From a virus (lineage: Duplodnaviria; Caudoviricetes): 64,000 bases of DNA. Where the stretch lies: IMG/VR virus record IMGVR_UViG_3300032226_000829. One strand, given 5' to 3'. Every line of letters starts with the position of its first letter. Position 1 is the first letter of the stretch. This document shows, piece by piece, positions 26,338 to 35,843 of the stretch. The position numbers and the translations under genes are program-made. The notes under the pieces are model-generated. The model was not told the DNA's origin and made no database searches. It saw nothing but the letters and a program-made list of their open reading frames with translations.

Positions 26338-26934
26338 ATGAAAGGCTCAAGAATAGCGATTGTGGTGCTGTTGGCTGGTTTACTGAATGCTTGTGCAAAC
26401 AGGATGGTAACACTGCCAGTGGAAACTGCAAACACCAAAGAAGTACCTGTTTGGTATTTGGACCATGCTGACACAGGATCAGAAGGTTGGTTATGGAACA
26501 AAGAAGGTATGTTCTATGCTGTGGGTACAGATGTATCTCCAGACATGGAAATGTCTTACAAAAAGGCTTTGATCAAAGCCAAAGCAAAGATAGTAGATAG
26601 AGTAGTGGGAGAAGTGAGCAACAAAACCACTTACAAATTGGATGAAACTGGCAATGCTGAAAGAACCATCGGCAAAGTAGAAGCACAAGACTTGATTGTG
26701 AATCTTATTTCAGACACATCTTTAAGAACATACTCTGTGGACAAGAAATTAACTGTGTTTAACCCTGAAATTAACAATTACAGAAGTTTTATATTGGTTA
26801 AGATTTCCAAAGCAGATGTGGATGCTATCTTAAAAAAATATGAGCAGGACAAACAAAACAAATCATTCTTAGGATTTAATAAATCCAATGATTTAGAAAA
26901 GTCCAGCGACAAGTTATTAAACAAAACGAGATAA
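26338..26934 (+). CDS. LPP20-like lipoprotein
   Basis: RBS aggaggcaaa-ATG; signal peptide with lipobox LNA-C; VPVWY and A..KA..KAKA motifs. Confidence 0.7.
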   Translation: MKGSRIAIVVLLAGLLNACANRMVTLPVETANTKEVPVWYLDHADTGSEGWLWNKEGMFYAVGTDVSPDMEMSYKKALIKAKAKIVDRVVGEVSNKTTYKLDETGNAERTIGKVEAQDLIVNLISDTSLRTYSVDKKLTVFNPEINNYRSFILVKISKADVDAILKKYEQDKQNKSFLGFNKSNDLEKSSDKLLNKTR

Positions 26935-26935
26935 T

Positions 26936-27277
26936 ATGATCCGTTTTGAATACCTATTGGCAGCCACAGTTCTGTTTTTAGCACTGATATGGGCTTCAAC
27001 AACCATAGCTGGTGGACCTTGGAGCAATCAATACTGTAATCTTAAAACAGAAACAGTGATTGTGAAAGATGCCAAAGGTAATATCATCAAAGAGGATTCA
27101 GTAGAAAAGCTGGTGTGTGATGATGGTCGCAAAGACTTTCTTCAATACAGTGGCATTGCAAAAAGTTGCAGAGAATTCTGGTATGAAATCAATTTAAATG
27201 GATCATGGGTCAACAAGAGGGGTTATGTTTGTCAAAAATTTGATGGCAGTTGGGAAATCGTTAATACTGGCAGGTAG
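26936..27277 (+). CDS. Secreted Cys-containing hypothetical protein
   Basis: N-terminal signal peptide; four Cys in the mature region. Confidence 0.65.
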   Translation: MIRFEYLLAATVLFLALIWASTTIAGGPWSNQYCNLKTETVIVKDAKGNIIKEDSVEKLVCDDGRKDFLQYSGIAKSCREFWYEINLNGSWVNKRGYVCQKFDGSWEIVNTGR

Positions 27278-27677
27278 TTTATTGCTGTTGAATCAGTGTG
27301 CTTCACACACTGTGGCAGTGGATAGCCAGAGTACCTACAAGAGTGTGGAGACTGTGTATGATAAAAATACAAGCAGTGCCAACTATTTGGCTAATTTTTT
27401 CAAATACAACTACTACATGTTGAACGATGAGGACAAAGACAAACAAAAAACAGCCATATACTTTGCATTGAACAACTTGGATCATGATGTGGTGACCACA
27501 TGGTACAGCAAAAACTCACAGGCACAAGGTCATGTGAGAATAGTGAGCAGTTATCCGCAGGGCAGTGGCTATTGCAGAGTTATTTTCAGTCAATTGATAT
27601 ACAAAGACAAAGAACGCAGTTTCAGTGAGACCGCATGCACAGATATTGCACACATAGGTTGGCGATTCATCAAATAA
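27243..27677 (+). CDS. RT0821/17-kDa surface-antigen-like lipoprotein
   Basis: Lipobox-like LNQ-C; W.S.NSQA.G.V......GSGYCR.......ETAC......W. Confidence 0.6.
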   Translation: MAVGKSLILAGSLLLLNQCASHTVAVDSQSTYKSVETVYDKNTSSANYLANFFKYNYYMLNDEDKDKQKTAIYFALNNLDHDVVTTWYSKNSQAQGHVRIVSSYPQGSGYCRVIFSQLIYKDKERSFSETACTDIAHIGWRFIK

Positions 27678-27709
27678 ATTTGATAAATATATCCTGTAAA
27701 GGATAAAAA

Positions 27710-29281
27710 ATGTTATTGGGTTTAATTACATTATTAACAGCATTTGCATTGAGTTCTGCCGCAATTTATTTTTCGGTTGTGGGTCTAGTGGCTATATTTT
27801 CAGGAGCCGCAGGTCCAATCATATTCATGGGAACCACTTTGGAGTTGGCCAAGTTGGTCACTGCCAGCTGGTTGTATCGTAATTGGCATGTGGCAGCAAG
27901 ATATATGAAAGTGTATCTAACCATTTCTATATTCATACTGATGGTTATCACCAGCATGGGTGTGTTTGGATTCCTATCCAAATCACATCTACAACAAGGT
28001 GCCACATCCAGCAACAACACTCAACAAATTTCCATCATCAACAGTCAGATCAAAACAGAACAGGATGTGATTGATCGTCAACAAGACATTATCCGACGTA
28101 ATTCAGGCACAGGTGGTGGCGCAGGTGAACGTGTGAGTCAATTGAGAGATAAAATCAAACAGTTGGATGCTGAAGTCAAAGCCTACACTGATCAAGGTGC
28201 TACCAGCACCATATTCAATGACAAAGTGGCCAAAGGAGTTGCTCTAAAAGAATCACAAAAAGCAGAACGAGACAGAATTGATGCAGAAATCAAACAGTTG
28301 ACCACTGCCAATCAAGGCAATAACTCTGCCGCTGAAGCACAGATTGCTCGCAGTCAACAGAAGATACAACAGTTGATCTCTCAACGAGCTCCATTACAAA
28401 CCACACAGATCACATTGGATGCTGAGATTGGTCCTATCAAATACATTGGAGAATTGTTTGTGGATTTAGGCATGGTGGACAAAGTCAACACTGACATGGC
28501 AGTGCGTTGGATCATTGTGTTGATTATTATTGTGTTCGATCCATTGGCAGTATTGTTACTGATTGCTGGACAACAAAGCATCAAACAACATTATTCAAAC
28601 AACGGCAACGGGGGTGGCAGATCCACTGCTCCAATCATAGATCCTACACCGATCATAAACAGACTATCAGAAAAGTTTAAAAACTTTTCTTTCAAAAAAA
28701 AAGACTCTAGTCTAGATAAACTACCCACATTATCTGAACCCATAGTTGAACCCACAGTTGTTCAAGAACAACCAGCAAAACCTGGATTGAGATTGAGTAC
28801 ATTGTCTTTGCCTAAATCATTCACATTTAAAAAAACAGAAACAGTTGTGCCAACTGAAATACTCACGTCCACTGTGGAAGTCATAGACACTGAAGACGGT
28901 GACACATTGGAGATAGTGACTAAAGAACAAAAAACTAGATTGGATCATTTCAACAGTCAAAAAGACAAAGCCAAACAATGGAAAGGACAGCAGACCAATC
29001 CTAGACACACTATTAAAAGATTAAGATTCAATTATGTGTCAGGAGCCATTGACAAATTACCTTGGGACACAGTGGAAGCAGACATACCGCCCATGCCCAT
29101 AGATCAGTGGAACCAAATGTTGGAAGAAGCAGAAAAAGCACTGGAACAAGACAAAGAGCAAACAACAAAAAGTTACATAATCAAAGAAGATCAACAGCAA
29201 GTGAGAAAAACGGTAGCAGAAGAATACGTTCAAAACCAAGAACAAACAGATCAATCAATCTGGAATCGCATCAAAAAATAA
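27710..29281 (+). CDS. Membrane-anchored coiled-coil protein
   Basis: Three N-terminal TMs, long coiled coil, EIGPIKYI and a further TM (IIIVFDPLAV). Confidence 0.75.
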   Translation: MLLGLITLLTAFALSSAAIYFSVVGLVAIFSGAAGPIIFMGTTLELAKLVTASWLYRNWHVAARYMKVYLTISIFILMVITSMGVFGFLSKSHLQQGATSSNNTQQISIINSQIKTEQDVIDRQQDIIRRNSGTGGGAGERVSQLRDKIKQLDAEVKAYTDQGATSTIFNDKVAKGVALKESQKAERDRIDAEIKQLTTANQGNNSAAEAQIARSQQKIQQLISQRAPLQTTQITLDAEIGPIKYIGELFVDLGMVDKVNTDMAVRWIIVLIIIVFDPLAVLLLIAGQQSIKQHYSNNGNGGGRSTAPIIDPTPIINRLSEKFKNFSFKKKDSSLDKLPTLSEPIVEPTVVQEQPAKPGLRLSTLSLPKSFTFKKTETVVPTEILTSTVEVIDTEDGDTLEIVTKEQKTRLDHFNSQKDKAKQWKGQQTNPRHTIKRLRFNYVSGAIDKLPWDTVEADIPPMPIDQWNQMLEEAEKALEQDKEQTTKSYIIKEDQQQVRKTVAEEYVQNQEQTDQSIWNRIKK

Positions 29282-29295
29282 ATCAATAACTACTA

Positions 29296-29679
29296 TTGAT
29301 GAGCAAGATTAATCTAATCACAGCACCCGATCGTTTGCACAACAATAACTGCAGTGTGCTACTGATCAATCCCAGTGAAGCAGTCAAAGCAGATTTCAAT
29401 CGAGCCATACTGAATTTGAATCAAGAAATTAATCTATATCTTTATGAGACCACGGAAGTCAATGATTATGATTGGTTGATCACTGTGAGCAACACAGTGG
29501 ATCACATTGTGATAGATATCAGTCACACTGACAAAGATTTTTGGTTGACAGGATATGTTCTAAGTTTGCCTCACACATCATATATCAGTATGATCAATCA
29601 AATGCCCTATCATTTATTGAATAAAAATAGAATATATGATTTTTCTGCATTCACAGAAAAATTAAACAAGAAAGATTAA
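29296..29679 (+). CDS. Hypothetical protein
   Basis: 127-aa ORF. Confidence 0.65.
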   Translation: MMSKINLITAPDRLHNNNCSVLLINPSEAVKADFNRAILNLNQEINLYLYETTEVNDYDWLITVSNTVDHIVIDISHTDKDFWLTGYVLSLPHTSYISMINQMPYHLLNKNRIYDFSAFTEKLNKKD

Positions 29680-29682
29680 ACT

Positions 29683-30276
29683 ATGGTTATGCGAGCTGAC
29701 TTGTGGTTTCCACAAATTGTATGGAAGGACAACATTACAAATTTGGACAATTCTGCCATAAAAACTCATGTGTTGGAAACAAAAAATCATAGTCAAGGCA
29801 AAACTGCCACCAATCAATTGGGATGGCAGAGTGAAGATTATTTTTTAGATTCAGGCAAAACACCACAGATAGAACACATGATAAGAGTATTGGATTCTCA
29901 TGTGAAAGATTGTGCTCGTCAGGCCAGTCTACCTCCCTTGCGTATCTGTAATTTTTGGTTTAATGTGAATCCCAAAGGATCCTACAACACTCTACACAAT
30001 CATCAACACAGTGTGCTGAGTGGAGTGTATTACATTGACATACCCACGGACAACATGGGCAACATTGAATTCCATAGATCAGATGAAGCACAGTATTATA
30101 TTCCGGACAACATGGACAAGTACACACAATTCACCAGTACCAAAGCCACATATAAACCAGAAACAGGCATGTTGTTGATATTCCCCAGCTGGCTCAAACA
30201 TTTTGTACACAGCAATCAAAGCGAGCAGTCACGCATATCCATGAGTTTTAACACTCAACTGGACACACAAAAATAA
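29683..30276 (+). CDS. 2OG-Fe(II) oxygenase-like protein
   Basis: WFNVN...YN..H.H..SVLSGVYY, LLIFPSWLKH.V, R.SMSFN. Confidence 0.85.
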   Translation: MVMRADLWFPQIVWKDNITNLDNSAIKTHVLETKNHSQGKTATNQLGWQSEDYFLDSGKTPQIEHMIRVLDSHVKDCARQASLPPLRICNFWFNVNPKGSYNTLHNHQHSVLSGVYYIDIPTDNMGNIEFHRSDEAQYYIPDNMDKYTQFTSTKATYKPETGMLLIFPSWLKHFVHSNQSEQSRISMSFNTQLDTQK

Positions 30277-30401
30277 TTGCCAAAAACTCTTGACTTTTGC
30301 CACAATCATCACTATATTAACAGTTGTCACAATGGTGTGACTCAACTGTATGAATTGCTGCATGGGATTCATACACAAACTCGCTAAAAAAGGAGAAAAC
30401 T

Positions 30402-30851
30402 ATGAACAATAGAGCACTAACTATCTTTAATCAACTAAGACCCGTTACAGTGGGCTTTGATAACGTTTTTGATCACTTCGAAAGAATGGTCAATGACGAT
30501 TTCTTTAACGTACCTACTGTTAACTATCCACCTTACAATATTGTAAAGACTGGCGTTAATACGTACAACGTTGAAGTGGCTTTGGCAGGATTCAACAGAG
30601 ACGATGTTTCTGTGGAATTTGAGGAAGGGGTAATGACCATCAAATCCAAAGACCGAACAGAGTCTAAGAAACAGGATGCGGATGATAACATTATCCACAA
30701 GGGTATTTCCAAAAGATACTTCAGTAAATCATTCACAGTGGCCGATGATGTAGAAATCAAAGGTGCTGAATTAAAAGATGGTTTACTAACTGTTTCTATG
30801 GAAAGAATCGTTCCAGAAAACAAAAAAGCCAGAGTAATAGAAATACTATAA
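30402..30851 (+). CDS. Small heat-shock protein (Hsp20/IbpA family)
   Basis: NYPPYNI, VEVALAGF, IHKGIS.R.F...F, AELKDGLL. Confidence 0.95.
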   Translation: MNNRALTIFNQLRPVTVGFDNVFDHFERMVNDDFFNVPTVNYPPYNIVKTGVNTYNVEVALAGFNRDDVSVEFEEGVMTIKSKDRTESKKQDADDNIIHKGISKRYFSKSFTVADDVEIKGAELKDGLLTVSMERIVPENKKARVIEIL

Positions 30852-30859
30852 TACAAATC

Positions 30860-30883
30860 TTAGGGCGTGGCAACACGCCCTAA
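30860..30883 (+). terminator. Hairpin after hsp20
   Basis: TTAGGGCGTG-gcaa-CACGCCCTAA. Confidence 0.65.
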
Positions 30884-30898
30884 CTAAATATAAAATAT

Positions 30899-31201
30899 AT
30901 GAGCAAAACCAAAACCGATATAGTCCTAGACGAAAAAGTAGAACAGATAATATTAGAACCAGAAATGGTCAAAGTGATCATGTTGAATGATGATGTTACT
31001 CCAGTAGACTATGTGGTAGAACTATTGATAAAAATATTCAAACACACTCAAGACAGTGCCAAAGAAATCACACTTAAAATTCACACAGAAGGCAGCAGTG
31101 TGGTGGGTTCCTACAGTTATGAAATAGCTGAACAGAAAACCAAAGAAGCCATAGAAGATGCCAGAAGCAGAGGCTTTCCTCTACAAGTAAGAATGGAATA
31201 A
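30899..31201 (+). CDS. clpS: Clp protease adaptor ClpS
   Basis: KVIMLNDDVTPVDYVVELL, IH.EG..VVG.Y..EIAEQK, FPL. Confidence 0.92.
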   Translation: MSKTKTDIVLDEKVEQIILEPEMVKVIMLNDDVTPVDYVVELLIKIFKHTQDSAKEITLKIHTEGSSVVGSYSYEIAEQKTKEAIEDARSRGFPLQVRME

Positions 31202-31203
31202 CA

Positions 31204-31737
31204 ATGAGCCTCAAAGATCTCACTTGGGAACATCATAAGAACGCAGAACGTCAAAAGTTTGTGAAGGTTATGTTTTCAGGCAGCATTGATCCCAAATTGT
31301 ACGCAGAATTTTTATTCAATCAACACATGGCATACGACTTGTTGGAAATGATGGCCATGTCGCACGGCATATTCAATGGAATGGAAGATGTGAGAAGAGC
31401 TCCTAAAATATTAGCAGATTTCAAAGAACTTTGGCCCAAGGATCAAACATTGCCTGAACCCAAAAACGCAACCAAGACATATTTGGATCATTTACTCACA
31501 ATCAAAGACAACAAGGATGCACTGATGGCTCACGTGTATGTGAGACACATGGGAGATCTGTCAGGTGGACAAATGATACGTAAAAAAGTTCCAGGTGCTG
31601 GCACCATGTTTGATTTTGCAGACAAAGATCAAGCCAAAGAGATTATCCGATCAAGAATAAACGATTCCATGGCAGATGAAGCTAAAAAATGTTTTGATTT
31701 CGCCACTGGGTTGTTTCAGGACATGCTCAATGACTAA
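31204..31737 (+). CDS. hemO: Heme oxygenase
   Basis: LKDLTWEHHKNAE (proximal His), YVRHMGDLSGGQ, EA..CF.F. Confidence 0.92.
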   Translation: MSLKDLTWEHHKNAERQKFVKVMFSGSIDPKLYAEFLFNQHMAYDLLEMMAMSHGIFNGMEDVRRAPKILADFKELWPKDQTLPEPKNATKTYLDHLLTIKDNKDALMAHVYVRHMGDLSGGQMIRKKVPGAGTMFDFADKDQAKEIIRSRINDSMADEAKKCFDFATGLFQDMLND

Positions 31738-31912
31738 GAAGAAAAAATTTAAAGATTTTCCAGGCAACTTGATCAAAATAAAAGTATTGGAAGATGAGAT
31801 AAGTTATTTTAAAACACAGATTCAAGAACACGACACAGGTCATATCTACACCACCATAGACACATTAAAAGACAGAGTACGAGAGTTAAAAGGCATCCGA
31901 GAAGAATATTAA
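31730..31912 (+). CDS. Small hypothetical protein between hemO and pcyX
   Basis: 60 aa, overlaps the hemO stop. Confidence 0.6.
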   Translation: MTKKKKFKDFPGNLIKIKVLEDEISYFKTQIQEHDTGHIYTTIDTLKDRVRELKGIREEY

Positions 31913-31913
31913 C

Positions 31914-32609
31914 ATGAGTTTCATTTGGGATACCTTGATTGCATGTCAGAATAATATCATCACAGAATTCAATTCACGCGGCAAAGAGATTCAAGAACCC
32001 GGCATGAGCAGATTCAATCAACCCGAAAATGGTTGGATCAATAGAGTGTGGGAAACTGAACACTGTCGTCGTTGTCACATAGACGTGGTGGATGCTAGAC
32101 AAAGCAAAGGTCTTTGGATGATGCATGTGTGTGTATTTCCACATTTGCACAACAATGGTCCTATCTATGGATTCGATGTGATTGCCGGAGAACACAAAAT
32201 GACCGGCGCATTTCATGACTTTTCACGCAGCTCAGGTGGTGATCAACATCCACTGATAGAATGGTATCACCAAGCAGTGGCAGAGTTCATTCCTTCTAAA
32301 AGAAGAAAACTACCAGAGTGGGCACTGAATATATTTTCAGGTAGCATGATTGCCGCAGGCAATGTGCAAACAGACGAAGAAGCCAACACCATTGTGAATC
32401 TTGCAGTGAACAACCTACAAGTGTATTTTGACAGCATAGGACAATATGCTCACACTGCCAAGGAAGCAGATACCATTGAGGCACAAAACTATTATTGTCA
32501 TAATCAGCAACAGAATCCACACACACCTAGAGTGATGAAAAGTTTAGGTTTGGCAGAAGCAGACGTAGAATTATTTTGCACAGACGCACTATTTCCAAAA
32601 ATAAAATAA
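31914..32609 (+). CDS. pcyX: Ferredoxin-dependent bilin reductase, PcyX/PcyA-like
   Basis: RRCHIDVVDAR..KGLWMMHVCVFP, PIYGFDVIAG, AFHDFS, NQQQNPHTPRVM. Confidence 0.85.
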   Translation: MSFIWDTLIACQNNIITEFNSRGKEIQEPGMSRFNQPENGWINRVWETEHCRRCHIDVVDARQSKGLWMMHVCVFPHLHNNGPIYGFDVIAGEHKMTGAFHDFSRSSGGDQHPLIEWYHQAVAEFIPSKRRKLPEWALNIFSGSMIAAGNVQTDEEANTIVNLAVNNLQVYFDSIGQYAHTAKEADTIEAQNYYCHNQQQNPHTPRVMKSLGLAEADVELFCTDALFPKIK

Positions 32610-32736
32610 TCCACAGCAAAAAGTCGCATAAACTGTGGCTTTTTTTGGCCCTACACTGTTTGACTTGTGCGAGCAATCCTGTTATATTATAATGATGCAC
32701 ACTACTTACAATCTTGTGATTAAAAAAACTCAAGCC

Positions 32737-32880
32737 ATGTATGAAAAGTCTTTAGAATTAAACCGATTGATCAATGAAACACCTTGCACAGTGTCCGAAG
32801 AAGAGTTAAGATTTTTAATCAATGATATTCAAACATTGGCCAGAGAAATTGCCAACACTTACGATTTGATACCACAATGA
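32737..32880 (+). CDS. Small hypothetical protein
   Basis: 3' part of ORF 32635..32880; ATGA overlap with the next gene. Confidence 0.45.
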   Translation: MYEKSLELNRLINETPCTVSEEELRFLINDIQTLAREIANTYDLIPQ

Positions 32881-33359
32881 TTATTTCTATCACAGGCGGC
32901 AGTGCCAAACTCAAAGACCTAGCAGAAAGTATCACAAGATATTCAGCTGAATTGTTGTTGAACAAAAAATTAATAGAAAAATTAATAGTGGATATAGAAT
33001 TCAGTAGAACACTGCTCAAAGAAGATGGCATGTTGGCTGAAATAGACTTTGATGACAGAACAAATAAACCTAGAGAATTTACTATCACTGTGGACAGCAC
33101 AGTGCCACAGAGACGCATTATGGAATCCATTGCTCATGAAATGGTACATTTAAAACAGTATGCAGTGGGAGAAATGAGCGACACTGACCATTCCAACATT
33201 GTGCAATGGAAAAAGAAACATATAGATCTAACCAAGTGGCAATATTGGGATCGCCCATGGGAGATTGAAGCACATGGCAAAGAATTAGGACTGTTTATTA
33301 GATGGGCTGAACACAATGATTTGAGCAAAGAGTCTTGGACCCAGGAGCAATATGTCTAA
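32877..33359 (+). CDS. Zincin-like metallopeptidase domain protein
   Basis: AHEMVHLKQ (HExxH), PWEIEA. Confidence 0.7.
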   Translation: MIISITGGSAKLKDLAESITRYSAELLLNKKLIEKLIVDIEFSRTLLKEDGMLAEIDFDDRTNKPREFTITVDSTVPQRRIMESIAHEMVHLKQYAVGEMSDTDHSNIVQWKKKHIDLTKWQYWDRPWEIEAHGKELGLFIRWAEHNDLSKESWTQEQYV

Positions 33360-33483
33360 AACACAGAATAAAACTCCCAGTTTAATCAAGTTTTTTTACA
33401 CAGTTTTAACAATAATGCTGGTGTTGATGATGTTTTGTTTGTGGGGAATACTTAAATAATGCTGAAACGTTTGGTGTGTTATT

Positions 33484-33945
33484 ATGAAAAAAAAGAGTTC
33501 ATTTGCTCATGTTAATAGAATTAAAAATGCATTGCATCGCCATAGCCACATTAAAGATTTTAGACCCACTCAAAGCCAAACTAAGATTTGGTTCAATATA
33601 ATCAATAAAGAAATATTTGAATCTCAATTAAAAAGACCCAAGATCACTGTGAGTCAAAAGAAACTTTTATTTGGGCAGTGTGTGGCCAACTGGGACGCTA
33701 GAGTATTGGGACGCAAGGGCGAATGGGATCAAAAGAAAATTCCCTATCATAACCCCACCATAAAATACTTGATTGAAATGCATCACAAATTTGACACTTG
33801 GAGAGACTATATTGAAACACTGGCACATGAAATGATTCATTTATATCAAATGACAGTGGAAGAAGATTCTACTGCCAATCACAATGACAGCTTCTATGCT
33901 TGGAAGAATCGTTTCAAAAAATTTGGATTAAATTTAAGTAGATAA
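33484..33945 (+). CDS. SprT-like metallopeptidase domain protein
   Basis: TLAHEMIHLYQ...HNDSF..W. Confidence 0.7.
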   Translation: MKKKSSFAHVNRIKNALHRHSHIKDFRPTQSQTKIWFNIINKEIFESQLKRPKITVSQKKLLFGQCVANWDARVLGRKGEWDQKKIPYHNPTIKYLIEMHHKFDTWRDYIETLAHEMIHLYQMTVEEDSTANHNDSFYAWKNRFKKFGLNLSR

Positions 33946-33951
33946 TAAACC

Positions 33952-34131
33952 TTATTTATCAAGATTTGGATTAGTCAGGTGTTCTAGGGTGATTATTTCA
34001 TCTTTTGGTAAAACTTCTGACTCTGATGCGTTCTTCGCAAAAGATTTGCTTTTTGCCCAAGATTTATAAGACATTTCCTTGTCCGCTTTGGCTTCTATTC
34101 TTCTGATCTGTCTTAAACTCTTTTTGGACAT
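33952..34131 (-). CDS. 59-aa hypothetical protein (not in ORF track)
   Basis: Manual translation MSKKSLRQIRRIEAKADKEMSYKSW...NLDK. Confidence 0.5.
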   Translation of the reverse strand: MSKKSLRQIRRIEAKADKEMSYKSWAKSKSFAKNASESEVLPKDEIITLEHLTNPNLDK

Positions 34132-34211
34132 ACAATACTTATCTTAAGGTTGACTTAGGCACCAAATAGTGCTATATTTTAGTATATTTAACACAAACTA
34201 GAAAACATCGA

Positions 34212-34409
34212 ATGAAAGTTGAAGTAAGAAACAACAATGTGGAGAAAGCTCTGCGTATTCTCAAGAAGAAGCAGAAACGTGATGGTTTTTTCCAACTGCT
34301 CAAGGACAAAGAATTTTATTCCAAGCCCAGTGAGCGAAAACGTGAAGAACGCAAGAAGAATATTGCCAATTGGAGACGGGCTAAGAAACTTAGAGACCAG
34401 CTTAGATAA
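34212..34409 (+). CDS. rpsU: Ribosomal protein bS21
   Basis: V.VRNNNVEKALRILKKK..RDG....LKDKEFYSKPSERKR. Confidence 0.9.
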   Translation: MKVEVRNNNVEKALRILKKKQKRDGFFQLLKDKEFYSKPSERKREERKKNIANWRRAKKLRDQLR

Positions 34410-34411
34410 AA

Positions 34412-34606
34412 ATGAAATGGTTGATGTACAAGGTGCCAGAGCATCTGGTGGTGCATTATGGCATCATGCTGATGATCATCACTGTGTTCATGCCTATGTA
34501 CATTTTGGATAGACCATTGGATAGCATTCATTATTTTAATAATTTTATAATTTTTGATGTTATCTACTATATTTTTTATGAAAAATTAAACTTTACAAAC
34601 GATTAG
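34412..34606 (+). CDS. Small membrane protein
   Basis: 64 aa, two hydrophobic segments. Confidence 0.55.
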   Translation: MKWLMYKVPEHLVVHYGIMLMIITVFMPMYILDRPLDSIHYFNNFIIFDVIYYIFYEKLNFTND

Positions 34607-34626
34607 AAAGATAGTATAATACAAAC

Positions 34627-34839
34627 ATGAATCAAACAACTCATTTAGACAAAATTCCCGTGTACTGCTCAGACACAGACAAAACTGTGATGGCAGAAGT
34701 ATTAGAATTCAAACCTAGACAATTTTTAAACGTGGCCGTGGAGAGATCCATCAGGCTCACAATGAGGTATGATGCCAAACATGATCAATATGTGGGCAAC
34801 ATGGCCAATTTGGAATTCACAGCGAAAGGACCAAAATAA
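34627..34839 (+). CDS. Hypothetical protein
   Basis: 70 aa; TATAAT 6 nt upstream. Confidence 0.6.
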   Translation: MNQTTHLDKIPVYCSDTDKTVMAEVLEFKPRQFLNVAVERSIRLTMRYDAKHDQYVGNMANLEFTAKGPK

Positions 34840-35430
34840 ATGCCAGCATTGGTTCCCATAGTGATTGAACAAGAAGCCAGAGGCGAACGTTCCTACGACA
34901 TTTACAGCCGACTGCTCAAAGATAGATTGGTGATGTTGGATACAGAAGTATCTCCAGTGTCTTCCAGTCTTATTGTGAGTCAACTGCTATTTTTAGAAAG
35001 CGAAAATACCAAACCCATACATTTTTATATCAACTCACCAGGAGGATTGGTTACAGCAGGCATGGCAATCTACGATACCATGCAATATATCAAATCTCCA
35101 GTGTACACCTATGTGATTGGTCAGGCTTGCTCTATGGGCAGTCTATTGTCACAATCAGGTGAAGCAGGTCACAGATACATGTTGAAACATGCCAGACACA
35201 TGATACATCAACCATCAGGTGGTACTCAAGGTCAGGCCACAGACATACAAATTCATGCTCAAGAGATCCTTAAACTTAAAAAGGAACTCACTCAGATCTA
35301 TGTTAATCACAATTCCAAAGGCAAAACCTTTGAGCAATTGAGTGCTGACATGGAACGAGATAAATTCATGAACGCCCAAGAATCCTTTGAGTATGGATTG
35401 ATAGATAAAATTCTATCTAAAAAAGACTAA
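34840..35430 (+). CDS. clpP: ATP-dependent Clp protease proteolytic subunit
   Basis: [24 protein letters not shown] (Ser), MIHQP (His), MERD (Asp). Confidence 0.96.
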   Translation: MPALVPIVIEQEARGERSYDIYSRLLKDRLVMLDTEVSPVSSSLIVSQLLFLESENTKPIHFYINSPGGLVTAGMAIYDTMQYIKSPVYTYVIGQACSMGSLLSQSGEAGHRYMLKHARHMIHQPSGGTQGQATDIQIHAQEILKLKKELTQIYVNHNSKGKTFEQLSADMERDKFMNAQESFEYGLIDKILSKKD

Positions 35431-35448
35431 AAAAACGGAGGACCAACT

Positions 35449-35823
35449 ATGAAAAATACATTGACTAGAACCAAAAAATCTAGTAATATAATAACAAGAT
35501 TATTTAGAAACTTTGTTTCTGATAATGCAACAACAAGAAAAAAAGAAGGAGTACTCTCAATGAGAAAAACTACAAGTATCCAAGATAGAGTGGAAGCTGC
35601 TTTAGAAGCTGGTCAAGCTCTTACAGCGTCAGCGATCAAAAATAGATTCGGTGCCGCAAATCCAGGTGCTGTAATTCAAAGCCTAAGATTCAAAGGCTTC
35701 CCAGTATTTTTAAACACAAATAAAAAAACTGGTGCAAAAGTTTACAGAACAGGAAAAGCCCCAAGAAAAGTAATCGGTGCTGGTTATCAGGCCATTGCTA
35801 GAGGTTTAGTACAAGTAGACTAA
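35449..35823 (+). CDS. Putative winged-HTH DNA-binding protein
   Basis: ALEAGQALTASAIKNRFG.ANP..VI..LR..G pattern; RBS and terminator present. Confidence 0.55.
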   Translation: MKNTLTRTKKSSNIITRLFRNFVSDNATTRKKEGVLSMRKTTSIQDRVEAALEAGQALTASAIKNRFGAANPGAVIQSLRFKGFPVFLNTNKKTGAKVYRTGKAPRKVIGAGYQAIARGLVQVD

Positions 35824-35843
35824 TTTCTACTTCTGTTAGTTTT

